Origin: Ptychomitrium polyphyllum
Taxonomy: Eukaryota
Direction of reading: 5' to 3'
Assembly: GCA_973851085.1 (NCBI GenBank)
Contig: OZ316775.1
Coordinates: 8,370,001 to 8,434,000, forward strand
Length of the DNA stretch: 64,000 nt
Within the stretch, counting starts at the first letter, position 1, and each line of letters begins with the position of its first letter. A program made the translations under genes and the position numbers. This document shows, piece by piece, positions 62,178 to 64,000 of the stretch. The notes under the pieces were generated by a model that was given only the letters and a program-made list of their open reading frames with translations, searched no databases and had not been told where the DNA came from.

Positions 62178-64000
62178 GCAGGGCGGTGGGGGCAGGTGCA
62201 CCGCGCGCTGCAGTTTTGTGCACACACTTGAATTTTGTGCGGGCCGTACTCGTACGGAAAGTTTATCCATGTAAATGGCTCTCAATGTGGTGCATCAACA
62301 ACATCAAGGGAGGAATCGACGAGGTCGAGGGAGGGTGTGGACAGAGACACGGCGAAGAGCGGGGGATGGCGGCGGAAGAGGAGACGCGAGGAACAGAAGC
62401 CCATTCATTCATCCATTCATCCATTCGTCCATTCGTCCATCCCGCCGTGGAGCGGATCGCTGGTCGGAGCAAGCATGCAAGCAGGTGTGGGGTTGGGTCG
62501 GTGGTGGCGGCGGTGAGAGAATAGACGCGGAGCGTCTGTTTTGTCGAGATAACAGAGAAGGCTGTTTGTGTCGCAGTAGGAGCTGCACGGCAGGGAGCGG
62601 ACGAGTGAGGGTGAGTGAGAGTAGGAGTATCCGCAATGCAGGTAGAGTTGAATTCGTCCGGTGGCGGAGCGGCTGCCCAGATACGGACGCCGTTGGAGCG
62701 AGGATGGTGGGCGGTCGACAGCCAGAAACGAGGGTTTTGTTGTGGTACAGAAAGCGGACCGGGCGCTCTGTACACGAGGAATTGGCAAGAGTGGGTGGGG
62801 ATGACTTTGAGGTTGCTGGCTGCAACCAGGAACATGGAAGTGGGGCGTACTCTGTAGATGTGAAGTTATTTTTTGTTGGTCCAAAACGCTTGTACACGAT
62901 CCAGCACAGATGGGACGCTGCACATATTTAATCTTTTATTCTAGAGGTACCTGCCGAAGGTTGAGTGAGGTGATGGATGATACGGAGGCATTGTGGAGAT
63001 CGATGTTGTGGAGGGGTTGTTTGTCGTTTGGTTGGTTGGGTGTGTATCTTGTCCGAGTGATCGTTCAGAGGTGAAGTTCTGCAGCGGTGGTCGTGAATTG
63101 TTCGCGGGCAATTGGAGGCGGCGGTTTAAGTCCTAATTGGTGGATGGCGATTTCCTGTTGAATGCTTGACGGTTCAGGATTTCGCAGCGAGTGTGTTTGG
63201 TTACTGCACATGTCTCTGTCCTTTTATCTTCACGTCGAGTTTCAGATCTCAGAATCAAATTTCTGAGTTCGTCAGGATCGACCCCCCAAGTGTTGCGATT
63301 GCTACATTCTTGTTGGTTTTGTAAGATGAGGGTATTGATCCAGCCAAATCGAGAATGGATGAGCAAAGTACTGTCTTGTGAAGGCACTTTTCTGTAGGGT
63401 TCGGGTGGGGATTTCGGTTGTGCATGTCAAGCCCGGAGTGGTGCAGAAGTGGAATGTTTCAGAGAGTGTTTTGTTCGTGCTCATGTAGGTACTTAAAATT
63501 GTTACTGAATGCTGATGCGTTGCAGACGAAGGCGGTGGAGCATGCAGCATGAATGTGCTAGGGAAAGAATCCACAAGGGGATCTTGTGATTCAGCATGAT
63601 GTGTAAGAGGAACGAAGAATAGCTTGTAAATGAAGCGTCATTTCCTGTTACACCCTAGCACTATGCCGACAGGATGCATGGTGTATTGATACGTGAAGGA
63701 TATGTGCTGTTGCTGCATGTACAATATTGGGTGTTGGAGATTGAAGGCGAAACGAAATGCAATTAAATTTTATGTGCAATTGTGGATTTTGTATTTTGAT
63801 CGATGTGGCTGGTGGGGAATACTGGATGCAATTTTTTGGATGTCTTTAAAGATGACAGAATGTGAATATACGGAACTCTGAAGTACCGGTGATTAGGAAT
63901 CAGTATAATTTATTTAAAAATGTTCTGGTTATGACAATGACGAGTTTGGAGGACTTTTCACAAGGAAATTTCGAGTTTGAATTTTCACAAGGACTGGAAA

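Overview
Eukaryotic, intron-rich plant genomic DNA, most likely from a moss or other bryophyte (inferred from gene structure and the decayed AT-rich intergenic DNA; not provable from the window alone). Most listed ORFs are single exons or spurious. Positions 5-38 kb are a gene-dense block with five apparently intact genes: an atypical plant kinase-like gene (+), CP12 (-), base-exchange phosphatidylserine synthase (-, with a Tourist-type MITE in an intron), an AVT1-like amino-acid transporter (-) and a STE20/MAP4K kinase (-). The block also holds a clan-71-type P450 pseudogene (+). The AT-rich flanks carry Ty1/copia and Mutator-like relics. From 44.2 kb the window is a near-perfect inverted duplication (at least 8.96 kb per arm) around a ~1.8 kb AT-rich spacer and a 100-N gap. 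Each arm carries a GC-rich, divergently oriented YY1-like C2H2 zinc-finger gene with unusual additions (AT-hooks, acidic tracts, coiled coil). The right arm begins inside a short hairpin present at the end of the left arm, which suggests a fold-back origin, either biological or an artefact of sequencing or assembly. Family assignments come from remembered motifs, not database searches.
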